Notes: generated from the sequence alone by a model not told the origin. A DNA stretch of 64,000 nucleotides from Tubiluchus corallicola (GCA_030141605.1 JAQGDQ010000091.1:372001-436000), one strand, 5' to 3'; numbered from the stretch's first letter, positions 27,821 through 43,018 are shown. Program-made: numbers and translations.

Positions 27821-29635
27821 TGCCGAGATTTGTGTTGTGTGAGCCCAGGGTTAATTGATGAGTTCAATGTGTTGCGTCATCCGCCCACGCGAACCGAGAT
27901 ATATACGTTGCTGTGTCTTACAGGTCGAATTTTGGCATGTCGCACAAATTGATAATTTTATGCTTCTTATTATACTTGTTGTAATTTTAAATGATTAACT
28001 ACACGCGATGTATCCGTTTGGTTGATTTTAGCATTTTAATTAGCATTACATATATATTTTTAATGTCTCCTAGGGTTCAAAGTATTTTATTATAGATGCA
28101 CGATAGCAAAGTCTTTTTACCAATTTAGCTAATTTACTATTTATTATTTTATATCAATAGATTAGCTTTGTGATACAAGTGGGCTTAATGCTCTTAGGAG
28201 CTATGTGTTTACGTTTATATAAAATCCAACTTTAAATAAAGCTTGATTTGATTTAATTTGATTTGTTATTAATTAATTAAAAGCTATTTCGTGGGTTGGT
28301 TTCGTGTTTAAAAAAGGGCCTAATTTATTCTGTCACTGCAATTTAACGCGTAATTACTAATTGTCACAGTAATTTTATATTAAAGATTTTCCTGGTTATA
28401 CTTAAGATCAGAAGCATCTTTTAAAATCTCAAGCAAAGTCCGTCAAACATTGCTTAGTTTTCTATACCATGAAAATTACGTTATGAAGTAACCAACACAT
28501 GTCCTGAGTTGATATCAGATTCTAACGCTTGCGAGTAAAACATCCAATTCTAGTCAAAAATTCAGGAGTAAAAGCAGGTTACTAAATCACCTTCTAGAAC
28601 TCGTTGGTTACATTCTTAACTCACATGACTGGTTAAACACCTCTTAAGATTCTTTTATCGCAACAACTGTCTGCCCAGGCTTATTTTCTTAAACAAACGA
28701 TAGCTTTGGTATGCGATGCGTGCAAAATCTTGCCGACTTTCTAACACGGAAATTTTGTTCTGCACTATTTTCTTAATCTACTCTTCTTTTAAATGTAAGC
28801 AACTGTACAATTGAAATGTCATGACAATAAAACAGAAGCCATAATATGAGGTTAATAAAGCAAAAGAAAAAGAGGCGAGTTTATTGTAACCTTTAAGAGT
28901 GTTACAGAAACGAATTTGAAATTGGATACACTCAACGTGGTGGTTATTATTTTTTCCGTAGTTAAGGACAAATGTATATTCTGGATGTATACGCAGTACA
29001 GTCAAAATGATACTTGCGATTGCATAAGTTACGTGGGCAGTCCGAAAAAAACTTGTAGTAAAGTAATTAAAAGGCAAAAGATCATGTTTAACATATTGAG
29101 GCATCTAATCACTCCTTGAAAAAATACGACTTTTTTTCGTATTGCAAAAATAATTTAGTGAATGGCCAAATGATTTGGTTGTCAGGCTTAGCATGAGTTA
29201 TTTACAGGCGGAGTGATCTGTAAGCAAGCTAAGTAAATTTTTTAGCTGACAGACTGATCAAATGGATGGCCTGACAAACTGTCTGGCTGGCTGACTTATA
29301 GAAAGATGCACAATTAATCGATTGGTTATTAACTTCTACAAGTATTTAATTTTTCAGTCATTCAGCGTTTGTTTATTGGTTGTTGGTCACCATGGTGGGT
29401 TAGATTCATGGATTAATTATTGATTGATTGACTGCCTGACGACTGGCCGACGGGCCGACTGACTGATTGATTGACCGATTACTTGGCTATCGGTAAACAA
29501 AATTAATTTTTATTTGATTGATCGGCGATTGAGTATTTCATTCGTTTGTTGAATCAAAGTGTAAAACTTGTGGTTAAATCGAATTACTACTACACTTCAA
29601 AGCTTCGATTTAAAAGTTGAGAAAACTATTTCGTC

Positions 29636-30100
<465 letters not shown>

Positions 30101-30367
30101 TTGCTAGCCAAATGATAAAATTTTAAGCTGATTTTTTGTTAGAATATGTCTAATACTTATTTTGCTTAATTGTACCTGACTAGCAACCAGAAGAATTACA
30201 TTTTGGTTCGCTTAGACTGACTTTTGTTTGAGACAATAAACTCAATTGTTGACATATTCTATGCTCCAATAACGCATGATTTATAGTTACTAGTTCTTGG
30301 CTTGTGTTTTTCATTGTCAGTTTTTAGTTTTTTACCTTTTCCGATAGCAATAAGCAGCTATTATTAT

Positions 30368-30550
30368 AATGATGATGATGGTGTTGTTGTTGTTGTTTTG
30401 TTGTTGTTGTCACTGTCGTTGTCGTTACGGTGGTGGTGTGTTGTTGTTGTTGTTGTTGTTGTTGTTGTGGTGGTGGTGGTGGTGGTGGTGATGGTGGTGG
30501 TGGAGTTGTTGGTGGTGGTAGTGATGGTGGTGGTGGTGGTGATGGTGATA
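30368..30550. repeat. (GTT)n-(GGT)n trinucleotide tract
   Basis: Seen directly. Confidence 0.9.
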
Positions 30551-33500
30551 ATAAAAATCATCACTGACCGCCATTTGTGTACGATATACTGTGGTTGTAG
30601 GCGATGGGCAGTGTCTTTTTGCTGTGTCTCATCACTTTTTAGCTTTAACTTTAGCTTCGTGGCGGGTAATTTACAAGTACTTAATTACTGAAATCGGTTT
30701 TCTTTCCTGTGCTCGTTAAAAGTTTGATAACCACGGCATATCATTGCCATTTGCAAACTTTGAACTATAGACGTGTCACATAGTTATAACAGTGAAAATT
30801 AAGCTAACTTGAGGGTTAGAAGGATTAACCTTCCTCATCGTGATGTCGCACGTCTTTTCTTCCTAATACCCTCTGGAGCAAGAGATTGAATAGCAAAATA
30901 TGATTAAGACGAAGGTTAAAATAATTCAGGGGCAAGGATTAAAATTATGAGACATCGGTTAATTTGAAACGCATTCACCGCTGTTTATTTTTAAGTCACG
31001 TATCTAAGTCAAGAAGTAGTTTTAAAATGATGGATGAAACAACGCTTTACATTGGAACACCAGAAGGAATTCATTTTTCTAATCGTAAAACCAAATTAAT
31101 ATACCTGTACAATAATGGTATACCCCACGATTAATTAAGTTTTGAAAACAAAGCGGGAAACCGGGAAATGTGAAAAAAATGTAACACAGTCAGGATCGCT
31201 AAGACTACAATGTTTTCCAGCCATCAAGATTGTTCAAAGGTCATATCTTATAGTTGGCAAGCCAGTTCAGCATCTCAAATGTTAAATCACGCATCTCAGG
31301 GTGATTCTCACTAATTAGATCAATTTCAATTTTGATTAATGTTTAGCCTGAAATTCCTGTAGGTAATTAATTAATTGTTTCTAAGCTTAACATCAAAATT
31401 AGCATTAATGATGGAAGAAAGATTTCCATATAGAGTAAGTGTCACCTTTTTACTAAACATGATAAACCTGGAAATACATCTCTTACATCTTTGTAAGTTG
31501 TCTCTTGTGTTAAAATCTGTTTTTAATATGTGGTGTTTTATTTAACTCAGTTTTATTGTAATCATTAACTTGTCAGCAAGTATTTTATATATGTAAGTTG
31601 TAATGATGTAAAATGTTTAAATAAAATAAAAAACTCTCCATTTTTTAAAACGAACTTTAATCGAATCATATTGTTTGTCATGTGGCCAAAACTAGTGAGA
31701 TATCAGTATAATAGCAACGTATAACTACTGGTAAAATGAGCTATTGAAGATTCATTGATAGCATAATAATAATTTCAACGGCGTTGGTTCTAAGAGATGA
31801 CAATCTAGAGAAAAATTGCCGCGCCTAGGCCCTAGGCGTACATAACAGAAACATTTACCAGTTGGTTGAGCAACAACTAGTTACAGAAAACTGATTTAGT
31901 TTTTGTAGCAAATTGAAAAGAATTTCAAATTTAGGTGTAACTGAGAAATTTTCCGTCCTTCGAGGTACGTTAATACATACGCGTACGCGAACACAGTTGC
32001 GCGTCCTTCGCTGGCGATTTGAGTCAGTGAAGATGGGAGCAGGTTAAATAGGTTAAACTAAAAGCCAATAAATTGCTAGGATCATCGCCATAATCTCTCC
32101 CTGATGTTTTGCCCATAGTAACCGATCCGTATTAAGGCACTTCAAACTCGCTAATAAGGGAAGTTCGTGTCTGAGAAGAAGAAATACGCGTTCGTGTCTG
32201 AGAAGAAGAAAGATTAATTTTATCGATCTAATAGTTTAATACTTTCAGATCGAATTATTGTCATTTCAGATTTGATGTATACGTTTGACATACTACAGTT
32301 ATTAGCCAGAACATAACTTATTCTAAATCTTCACTTTTATTTAGAAAATGCAAACATGCGTTTTTTCCTTTTTATTGCGAAACTTAGACCGTATACATCG
32401 GCATTTTAAGTTGTTTCGAGGAAAACTTTGCCTTATCTAAGCAAAATAAATATTATAGATAATGTAAAAAGTAAGAGTAAAGTTGAACGTTGTTTTGACG
32501 GCCTTGTATAAACGCCTAACCTGAAGCGAAAGGAACAATTTAGCTAAACGCATACACAAGGAGTCTACTAAAATTACTCTGACAAAAGGCTGAGTTCTTT
32601 ATATTAATGGCGGGGTGTAAGTTTCACAACCCATAATTTCCTTGAATTGCCAATTATTTCAATCAGCGCATATTAAGGTTAGATGTATGATCTGATAGTG
32701 GAAAATTATTCAGGTCTAACAGATGCAGACCAGAATGTGAATAACATTATATAAAAAACTTAATTATACGTAATGAACAGCTCGAATAGGCTTGAATAAT
32801 AAAATTAATTGGTTTTTGATTGTATCTAGTTCTAAGGAATGTCGTCTTTAATTTACCATTATACACGGATGTATATAGTGTTAAAAAATTTATGATAATG
32901 GGGCTGTCTAGAGCTAATAAGATTAGATAAAATACCTTTTTAAACGTTTTAGCGTAAATGTGGGCTTAAAGTTAACACTCGGGGCAATAATTAATGGCTG
33001 CTCATAGGATTGTATATGTAGGTACGAGTGCTGAGCTTTTAATCACAACACCGTTTATAAAAAAGCAGTTATAAATTTGATTGTAGCTATAATTATAAAT
33101 ATAAATTATAATTATAATTTTAAATATAATTATAATATATAATTACGTTATAATTATAAATTACATTTAAAATAAGGTGTGATGTATTATCATTGTTATC
33201 GGAGAAAAACAGGTTAGCGCCTAATGCATTCATTAAAGTAATAACAATTAATATCGGTTCTCTGTTTTTAACTGTTTCAACAATTAGTCATGCAATGGTT
33301 AGCTCCTATACTTTTGTTTTACGAAAACAATATCAACAATAACTATTGCAGTTAAAAAGGTATAAAAGTTTAGTCTTGAATAAAAACTAATTAGTGACAT
33401 TAAATTTAAAACAATTAATCAAGAATCATACTAGTAAAAGATTACATACCGTTACATGCATTCTTAAAGTCTATATTACTCATAGTCAACTATTTTCAGA

Positions 33501-36500
33501 CGTTACCAAGGGACGTTTAGAAATATGACGAGGACAAGGTTTTGCAGTATCACCAATATTAGAGTATGGTGTAAATAGCAATTTGAATGTCATACATAAT
33601 TTTGGTTATAATTCTTATATTATATCATGAATTGACATGTTACATTTTTCCTGGAAAGATCATGCTTTGTAGGTTTATCGATAATGTGGCCAGGTTGTAT
33701 ATTCACTAAGACGCATTAAACAGGCAAAACCTATTCAGATAACTTATCTGTGTTTGTTGAGAAGAAGGTAAAAATAGGTGTGTCGCTTAAGTGTAGGAGT
33801 AAAAAACAAGTTGAGTTTTGTTGAAGCAAGTGATTGACAAAAGCTAAACTCAGTGTGAAGGCAAAAATCTTTAAGCGAAGTTGTAACGCCTAGAGTACCC
33901 TAACTACCATTATTTAGCGTGTATCATTGAAGAGCATTATAAATGTGTCGTTGAGAATTGTAATAGACTTGATATTATGTGCTGTCTATGAAAATCGCTA
34001 AAAAGATATACCTTTTTGTCATCTTGCCAGTGTACTAAGCAGTGTGGGGTAAAATAAATATCCTTAAAATATCTCGTGGGCGAATTTAGGTAAAATGGAT
34101 GAAGAAAAGTTGCGCCCAAGAGCTAAATGTAAAAACTAAACAAGTCTATAATTTGTAAATAAGTTTGGAAATATGCTGTATGTATGCCGCTGATCTAGTA
34201 GTATAACAGCATGTCTGATAGTGCAACAGCATGTCAAAAATACGAAAAAACGCCTAACTACAAAAAATAAATTAAATGGGCAAAAAACTGAGGGACATTC
34301 TTGATAGTGTGCCAGCTCCGGTTGCGCCGCATTCGTCTTGTTGTGTAGATACACCTTTGAATGCTGCAGTCCGGGTCGCAGTGTGCAGAAACTTATTAAT
34401 GAAAAAACCTAAAAGTCAAACAGAATCAACCACAATAATTGGAAATTTGTATAAGCATGTGCACTGAAACTGTGTGACAAAGCGATTAATTACATCTTTA
34501 TAAAAAAGTTTGCATTTCTGAACATTTCATTCTCTTTACAAAACAATTTTTCATTATTGGTACGTAGTTGCGTAAATGATTTGCCTTGTGTTCAGTTATG
34601 GTGTTACATGCTTTTTAATTGGTCTTTTTTATATAATTGAATAACTTAACAATAAAAACTGTTATTATTGTTATTATTAAATACCCTAGAAATTCACCAA
34701 ATAAAAAATTGCTAAATAATAATATCAGTAATATCAAGCACAAGATTTTTTAACAAAATACAGACTCGTCAAACCACCTAATTTCTTCTAGTTGTTTTCT
34801 CTGTTATTTGGACCCTACACCGAGCCTACATAAATGCTGAAGCAAATAGTCAACTATGTAATAGTCATAATCAATCCATTAAAACCCTTGGACGCTGACC
34901 TATTTCCAGGTCTGTAGCAACATGATGGAAGGGACTAATATTGACCAGTTTTTGAGCCTCAAGTATAAGCACTTCAATGACGGTATTTCTGCCGTTTCCG
35001 TTATAGCTATTGCTTTCTACATGAATATTCAAATTCACGTTACCGATTCTACGCATGTTTCTAATGTTTACGCAAAAAATATTTTTTTACTGCAAAACAG
35101 TTAAAATATCCGATATTTAAAATCTTTTAATATGGGAAACCCAAACTAGACCACTTAACCTCAATTACGCTGCAAGAGGATCATAATCACACTAAGAGCG
35201 AACCGAGCACAAGCTTTTCTAGCTAGTTTTAATGTGATAGCGTGGACAAGCTAAATCGGACGGAGGTAGCGCATGTCTTAAATTGACTTAATCTGCAAAT
35301 TAGCAATAAAAGCCTTTGTTGGTTTCTATTCAACTGACCCATCTACTCATTTGATAATAGTTGTGCTGACATGCGATCATTTGTGAAGTATCACTATAAC
35401 ATTAAATTGTTACTCTAAAATTATGATTAATATTTAAACGGCTTTTCACTAAAATTAACAACCACTCTTTTAACAAATTTCGTTGAACAAATTTGCAATT
35501 TGAAATAAACTCTTTATATTTATTTCAATAACAATGATGCCATGGGTAATGATGAAACGGATTGTTGACCACAAAAGAAATGGAATCATTTAGCCCTTAA
35601 AGGCAGTAGACTGTTTATTATTAAAATGTAGGGCGTTAGGTAAACACTTCGCGGATGAAAACATTTTATTTGATTGATTAAAAAGATCACAGAAATCTCA
35701 TTTATATGTACGTGCTAAATTGTTTTTGAACTTTTAATATATATTGAAGCAAGCTTCTTGGCTTAGTGTATACGAAAAGTTAGTATCATTCTGTGCTGTA
35801 GTAGGATAATTATACGGTACAGTAAACAAATAGACTGAAAGGGTTGAGCTCGTACTTTTTTGGAAAACGAAAGTGTAAATAAATTTTCCAGCATGCAACC
35901 GCATTATTGTAATATTGAAGAATTTAATTCACTTGAAAAGATAATTAATTTATTTGCCTAGTTGCGATGCATTGTAAAAGGCATAGGAATTTATAGTGCA
36001 TTGAGCGTTGCTATCATTTCGGCTGCGAATTACCCATCGCTTACACAAATATTTTCAGTAATACGCAAACAAACAGACGTCAATGCGTCACTTAATGCCA
36101 AACAAGCGTTAGGCCTATATCGTATCCACCACCAAAAAGCGGATTATACGAAAGAGTTTGATCTAGAAAAGTGAAAGTTCTGCGACGTGCGTGCTTTTGT
36201 TTAGTTCTTTTGCGTCACGAAGGGCCTTTTCTTCTCAAATCTGTGTGGGTTCATTTAAGTGAAAATAATCATTTGAATGAGTTGTAATTGTGCACCAGAT
36301 GTCTAGCTTTCTAGCGGAAAATCAGTTATTACTGACCTACAGACACAGTTTTTCAATCGGAAGGCAATTCATGAGAAAACTAGCCATATCGTCGTCAGAG
36401 CTAGTTACAATAAAATCTAGCTATATCGAAGAATTAGTGGGCTAATTCTGACACCGGAAATTGGCTTTCTAAAGCTTCAAACGTTCACGACTTTACTTTT

Positions 36501-39083
36501 TAGCTGAGTTTTAGCTAATGAGTTTTGCACCAGTTGACTAATTCTACGCCGCTATTTTCCAATAAGTGGTATCGCAAATTGTTACACCATTGAATAATAA
36601 TTATTTGAACCAAAATTTCAACAGATACATACTATTATTATACCACTGATTTATGTTAATTCCTCGGTCGTTTAGGACATTTATTCACCAATCTATTGGT
36701 CCCTCGGAAGTATGTTCCACCGATTCCTGTGCTAGTTCATTGCTCCTATGCTCCTATATGTTTTTTAGTCTTTCTTGTAATTGTTGTTCATTAAAATATA
36801 ACATACGATATTTTTATATACGTGGCTAGGGTGAATTGTGAGGTTAAATTTTATATAAAAACATTGAAATTTCTTAGCTAGTCGTAAGAAAGCAAATCGC
36901 AGAAATAGTGAATTAAAGTATCATGCGCAATTTAAATCACGCTTTTTATTTTGTCAAAATACTAGTGATCTGAAAGTTGGCTTCCGCCGACCAAGGTATA
37001 TGGCTTTCATTTCACGTTTTCCTTTCATGAAATCTTGATACAGGTCTGTTCACTGTACACAACAGGTCGTTTTTTAGGTTGTCTACTTTAAGGATAAAAT
37101 TTGCAAAGCATGCAAATTCAGATTTGACAAGGCAATAATCAGTTAAAGCGTACCGGTATTGGTTTTTAGTTTTGGAATGTTCGAGGAAAACTTAATCAGG
37201 AACACTGTCTAGTTAAACGATACCGAATTTAAAACTTCACCGGAGTTAAAAACTTATATATAGCTACTGCGTTAATTAGCAAGACGATGTTCAATTAGGG
37301 TGTTGGGCTCAATTTCTCTTCCTTTCAGCATTATGATACTAAATTTGGTGCTCAAACTGATGTTTAAAATTTGCGACTTGGGATCTTAAATATCACTTGT
37401 AATTGCATTGTTTTAAATTTTTGTACCTGACAATTGATGCACTTATATATTAGCACTGAAAGAAAGAGCCTTAAGGTAGGCCTGCAGAGTTGGCATTAAT
37501 TATACCAAGGTTACTTGACATACAGTAATAAAATCCTATCCGTGGCATCATAAAGTGAAGTGACAGTCGTAAATATAAAAAAGGGTTTTTAAACTTGAAC
37601 GACCGGAGAAAATGAAAATTTAATAAACATGATTATTAAGTTGTCAAAATAGAGGTCACAAGTTTTAACATTGCTGACTCCAAGTGCATGAATCCTCCTT
37701 GCTCTTGACGCAATAATAAAACGATTAAAAGTTTAAGTTTGACATCTCTTATTGTGCAAATAATAAAGTAATTACTGATATGGCCAAGAATGCACAATAA
37801 ATAGTATTTATATTTGCTTCGGTTTATTTCATCTTTATGCAATGCATATTAAAAGAAACAGCATGGCAGGGTATGCCAAAGTATTTATCATGATTCATGA
37901 ACGATATATATATGTACAGTCATCAAGGTGAAGTATAAGAGAATTTCTATGAACAATATTGTACATGATGTAAATTAGAGTAGTCCAACATGGTTAGGAG
38001 AGAGCATCTCAAGATAGTTGATGAGTTAAACTGAGATGATTTTAACTCATTCTAATTAATTGTGAATAAATTTAGAAACAAACTAGTCTAGAAATAAACG
38101 AAACCTTCCACAGTTTATTCTGATTACTTGAGCAATTGCTAATTGCCAAGCAATATCACATTCCATTACACTGTTGAAAGTTTAACTGCTGATTTCCGTG
38201 TGGCGACATCTTGTGAATGGACAAGAAAATAAAAATTTGCAATGTAGGCTGCCGAATACCTTTTATCACTAAAACATACTGTGCATAGATGATCTCGTGC
38301 CTTGTCACCACACAATTCCAGCACATTGATTATGTTTGCTCCTGGAAAATTTAGAAATTGAGGTGTAATCAAAAAGCAAATTCAGAAAATTAGCATTACC
38401 TCAGGGAAACTGCCCACGTCGCGTTTGACATTTCGATCTAGCTGCTGCTTTGCTGTGATCTTATAAGAAGCCGATTCATCTGCACGTTTTTCAGTACATT
38501 TGTCTAATTCAAGACATAATATCCTCGGACATTTAAAATGGCACATATTCTGATTCTACTCAGTCTGTAACTATATAATATCATCCAGGGAACTGTAACT
38601 GCTTTTGCCTGATGACTAAGAAGAGAGTTTCTCCCTTACGTTTGCTTAACTAATATCCGATAAGTTAATATAGGTCTGTGATATATATAGAGGGATTTAA
38701 CCAAACACGCTTCATTACAATCAAATGCAACAAAATTCAGTTGCATCAAATTTTAGTTACTTGAGCAATTATAATTTTGATTTCATTCCACAAATGGTTT
38801 GAAAAAAACATGAACTTGAAGTCCTTCTATCACCCGTTGGTTGACCAGCCACTTGTCAGAGGCACTATAGGAAGTGTAACAGCCTATCTTATGCTTTAGC
38901 TGTTGAGTTCACAGAGTGACTCTTCTCTATTCAGGGTTTTCAACAATTTTTTAAGTCTTACATCCGTGTGGCGCCCTCTGCTGATTTAAATGATGAAAAT
39001 TTCGAAAATTTAACAAAACCCGTTCCATTCAATTATTACTGCAAATTACAATAATAACGACAATGTTTCGTAATTCTTTGTCC

Positions 39084-39459
39084 TTATGAAGCCGCAGAGG
39101 TTGACAAGTTCTTGCTGTGCTTAGAAGGTTTCGTATGTTGCCGCGGTCGGTCGTATGCGTGCGTTATATTCAACTGCGGAACAACTAGCTTGTGTCTGTG
39201 AGGTTCTGGAGACGAGTGAGACGGTGCACAGGGAAGGTGAAAATCTGCTAAAACAGGAGTTGAGGCAAATCGTATAGCGTTTGCAATAGAGTCATTGGCT
39301 TTCACCTTTATTCGCCTATCACTGTGAAATAGCGAATTGATTCTGCGTCGAAACCAGCCTTGCTGATGCTCATTCTGATTCTGAAACAGTTTCTTGGTTA
39401 AATTTGGCTCACTGTTGCTCCGTTTCCTCTGCTTTTCTTTATCGGTTCCAAAAAGAAAC
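39084..39459 (-). CDS. ANKRD33B: ANKRD33B-like, exon 5 (disordered C-terminal tail, stop)
   Basis: Acceptor ttatgcag|G is phase-compatible with exon 4; open frame RFLFGTDKEKQRKRSNSEP...VVPQLNIT...STSAAS to stop at 39084. Total 335 aa, or 319 aa from the second ATG. Confidence 0.8.
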
Positions 39460-40732
39460 CTGCATAAAGTTGCATCAATTAGTTACCTTACCTTGCTATT
39501 ACTACAGCTCTATGTTTGTTTATACTACTTCTTCAGCTCGACAATTGAAGGTATAAGTGGCAAAAAAGTGTAAACGACTTTACGGAGTTTTTCGTTTATA
39601 GCTTTTTTAAATTTTTGAATTTTTAATTTTACCATCTGTACAAACATATTAATTCAGTTTTTAATTATTATTATCATATCTTCTTGACTGCTCTGTTTAG
39701 GCCTACTTGTTTGCTTGCTTATTTTATTTCCTCACTATTTGCGTTTATAAAGGCTTATAACAGTGTTCACGTTTACACGTATACTGTCATGCCATCTACA
39801 ATTCATACAAGTACAACTTTAGAAAAAAAAATTGTATTTCACTGTAATTTATTGTTATTAAGCGCCCTGACCGGGCTGCCCTAAATTATCTAGTGTAAAT
39901 TAAAGATATTTTCCAGTTCCACGTAACTGTTTCGAATAAAAGATACCAGTATAAATTCTACATTGTAAGTATGATTGAAAAATAATATGTGATTCTTTAA
40001 ACAGCAAATATTTCTACTCGAAGAGAACAAACTACTGTTAGCACAAAATGACCATATCTAGTTGACAATAAATTCATATCAGTTCCTATTTTTTGTTTTT
40101 GTTCTGTGATTCTTTGGTGTGCGCTAGCAGCCATTGCTAAATGTTTTCGAAACAGGCCAGTCACGTACCACCACTAGCATGCGAAAGGAACTGGTTTGTA
40201 CACTTATTTATCATAAACTAATAAGGCAAATTTTGGAAAGTATTTAGTAATAATCCTTTGTTGATTGTAGCCGTGCATAGTTCGCCTGCCTTTCCCAACT
40301 GATTTTTATGGCTATCTTTTGAAGCCGTAGTTTTTAGACATGGGCAATTAGCGTTCCTGAAAAACATTGATTTATTGCATGCAAAATTCTGATATAATTT
40401 CAGGAGTAAACAGCTGCTGTAAAACAAGCCTGCATATTACGTTTGAATGGTGCTCACGGCTGTACGTAATAGATGAATCCTCGTGAGTTTACAGTAATTG
40501 ATCTTCTGCATAATTAACAACGAGTTAGAGCGTTTGTCACTGTAACTTGGCGAAAAGTGAAGCTTTATAACTATCATGCCACATACCGACTGTAGCATGT
40601 GACATAATTATGCAACCCAGCGCTTAGAACAGTTTGACCATTCTTTGACTAATATGTGGAATTGGCAAGCATTATTGATGAAGAAGTAACATTTACATTA
40701 ATCTTTTTAATAGTTCAATGCTTATATCTTAC

Positions 40733-40862
40733 CTAGATTTAAAGTGCGATGTTTGTTTTCTGTATTTGGCAATTAGATCGCAGCAATTATGTCTTCCACA
40801 AAACTTTGCCCAGTCCTCGGCGCAGAAATGTCTTACATTATCTTTCTGTGACATAGATGCAC
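40733..40862 (-). CDS. ANKRD33B: ANKRD33B-like, exon 4
   Basis: Acceptor tatcag|GT; GASMSQKDNVRHFCAEDWAKFCGRHNCCDLIAKYRKQTSHFKS (WAxxxGR motif); donor AG|GTAAG. Confidence 0.87.
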
Positions 40863-41049
40863 CTGATAATACAAATTTTAAAAATTATTGATTTGATTTG
40901 ATGCAGCCGGGTACACATGCTATTTATCTATGCACGCGACTCAGATAAATAATATAAGAATATGAATAAGACTAGAAAAAGTGCACTTAATATTAGTTTT
41001 CTGGCTGATAGTTTAAGTTTATCAGCAGTTTATAAAGCCATATACATAT

Positions 41050-41667
41050 TGTAGCGCAGGCGCTTGGGCGGCCCACTCTGCACAACCGCTACCTTTATAC
41101 CTACCAACAAGTCTAGCATGGTTACCAAACTAGTGTTGCATGTCACCCCTAAAAGTACCAGTAGTTCAACCCAAGTCTTCTAAATTTTTCTTCTACAAAT
41201 ATTACGCTTCTTATTGGTTAAATCTTCACACCTTTTGTTTCCAACCAATCAGGTTTCATTTTGGCTCTATTTCTGACATGTACACTAGTTTGGGTTAGGT
41301 TATAAAAGGAGGGTGAAAACCTGCTGTACTTTGGAGCTACAGTGGTAATCGGGTTGTACAGAGTGGGTGGTTCTTGTGCTTGTTTTTCTTTCGTCAGGCT
41401 TAGAGCTCTCCTACTACCCGCTATATGGTAAGTTAGGTATCAGTCTATCCACTTTATTTCTTTGTTCTGTTTTTCTTTAATTTGTTTAAAATCTTGTCAT
41501 AGTTTAGGCCTTGTAATATTCAAATCTCTTTCCAGCCAAATCTTCGGCGTTATTTAATTCAGTTTTGTTTAATTGTGGTTAAGTGGAAATCATCATATTA
41601 GGCTGCTCCGCCTCCGTACCTGCAGGCCCGAACCACCCCCGGATGACGAGGTGCCACCAGCAGTTCA
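41050..41667 (+). mobile_element. Solo LTR (probably Gypsy-type), 618 bp, in ANKRD33B-like intron 3
   Basis: Starts TGTAG and ends GTTCA; flanked by ATAT on both sides (41046-41049 and 41668-41671); internal ATTGG (41213), CCAAT (41245) and TATAAAA (41301); GC above the flanks. Confidence 0.7.
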
Positions 41668-41950
41668 ATATACATATATATATATTTGTATTAATACGCT
41701 TCACGATAAAAATACAACATATTAAAAATAGTTCTTATAAAAAATCCATTTTTGTAATAAAACTTACAATACAACATTACAATCATCACTGCAATGTAAT
41801 GTAATTTTAATCGTAATTGTAATGTCACATGTATGTTATGGTATGTATTACTGTTACATAATTGCGACTTAAGACTTATATAATTTCCCTTTTTATACTC
41901 CAATTCCTTTCCTTTTTTGACACTTTAAACAGAACAAGATTTAAAATTAC

Positions 41951-42091
41951 CAGCCAGTAGCAAAAGTTTAGCTGTTCTGCAGCGACCTTGTATGGCTGCT
42001 TTCATTAAAGCTGTGAAACCGCCATTATTTGTCTGATCGATGTCTGTATCACGGAAAAAATTCAGAAGGTAACTGGCTATGTTTGTGTGCC
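41951..42091 (-). CDS. ANKRD33B: ANKRD33B-like, exon 3
   Basis: Acceptor ttccag|GG; GHTNIASYLLNFFRDTDIDQTNNGGFTALMKAAIQGRCRTAKLLLLAG, where GFTALMKAAxQGR is characteristic of ANKRD33/33B; donor G|GTAAT. Confidence 0.9.
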
Positions 42092-42563
42092 CTGGAACAA
42101 ACGCAATCACGATAACATATTACGGTCGCGTTCATCATTATCATTATCGTCGTTGTTGTCGTAACAACCATCATCATCGTCATCCTCCTCCTTCTCACCA
42201 TCATCGTCATCGTTCGTCGTCATCATCAGCGATACTGTTATTATTATTACATCATTGTCGTCAGGATTGTCATGCACACCGTTATCATCATCAGCGTCAC
42301 CGCCACTGTTGCTAAAAATGCTACGATCATCATCACCATCGTAGATAAGCGGCATTATGTGAATATAACACGCAGTATCATTACTGAAACAATAAAATTG
42401 TCAGCAGATTTTCGATGGTAGTTATACTATGGGTAAAGCAACAAAAGGTGTAACTTTAACTGCTTGTTTGCTTACATTACTTGCAATATCTTTAGTCACC
42501 TAAAATAAAACTATCGAATTTGATTTTAGGTTGTTTCCTCACGTATTTTTTTGAGAAAGTTAC

Positions 42564-42693
42564 CTGCTTGGGCAGCAAATATAAGGGGCGTATTTCCCTC
42601 GTTGTCCGCTAAGTTTACATCAACATATGGAAGATCGACGATGCATTCTAAAATTCCAACGCAACAATTCGCAGCAGCGTGACCTAAACCAGT
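42564..42693 (-). CDS. ANKRD33B: ANKRD33B-like, exon 2
   Basis: Acceptor attttag|; TGLGHAAANCCVGILECIVDLPYVDVNLADNEGNTPLIFAAQA, resembling the PxVDVNxxDxEGNTALIxAAQAG block I recall from ANKRD33B; donor G|GTAAC. Not in the ORF track. Confidence 0.88.
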
Positions 42694-42984
42694 CTAAAAT
42701 AAACAAAAAGAAAAGAAAATACTTCATTAGCGTTGTAAAATGTAAGTTTCTAAAGTGCGCGAAATTCAGTTTATGTATTTTATTATTTTTGGGATGCATT
42801 CGATTTATTTTCAGGATTTTCGTTTAAATAAAACTTAGAGTTAAAAAACCTCAAACCTTACCCGATATTTGAACTAGGATCGCTGGATTTAAAGGGTGCT
42901 AACTATTACACAAACAAATATATAACCAGCGATACCATAGTTTTAGACCACTTGCTGAGTCAGTTTCCGTTTCTAGATCAGAAA

Positions 42985-43018
<34 letters not shown>

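Noticed and set aside
32163-32211. 21-bp direct repeat GTTCGTGTCTGAGAAGAAGAA, two copies
   Set aside because: Local tandem duplication with a 6-nt spacer; not a CRISPR array.
38166-38575. Two exon-like segments on the minus strand past the ANKRD33B-like stop
   Set aside because: Joining them at the best GT-AG sites gives a stop after three codons; no recognisable domain; probably 3' UTR or intergenic.
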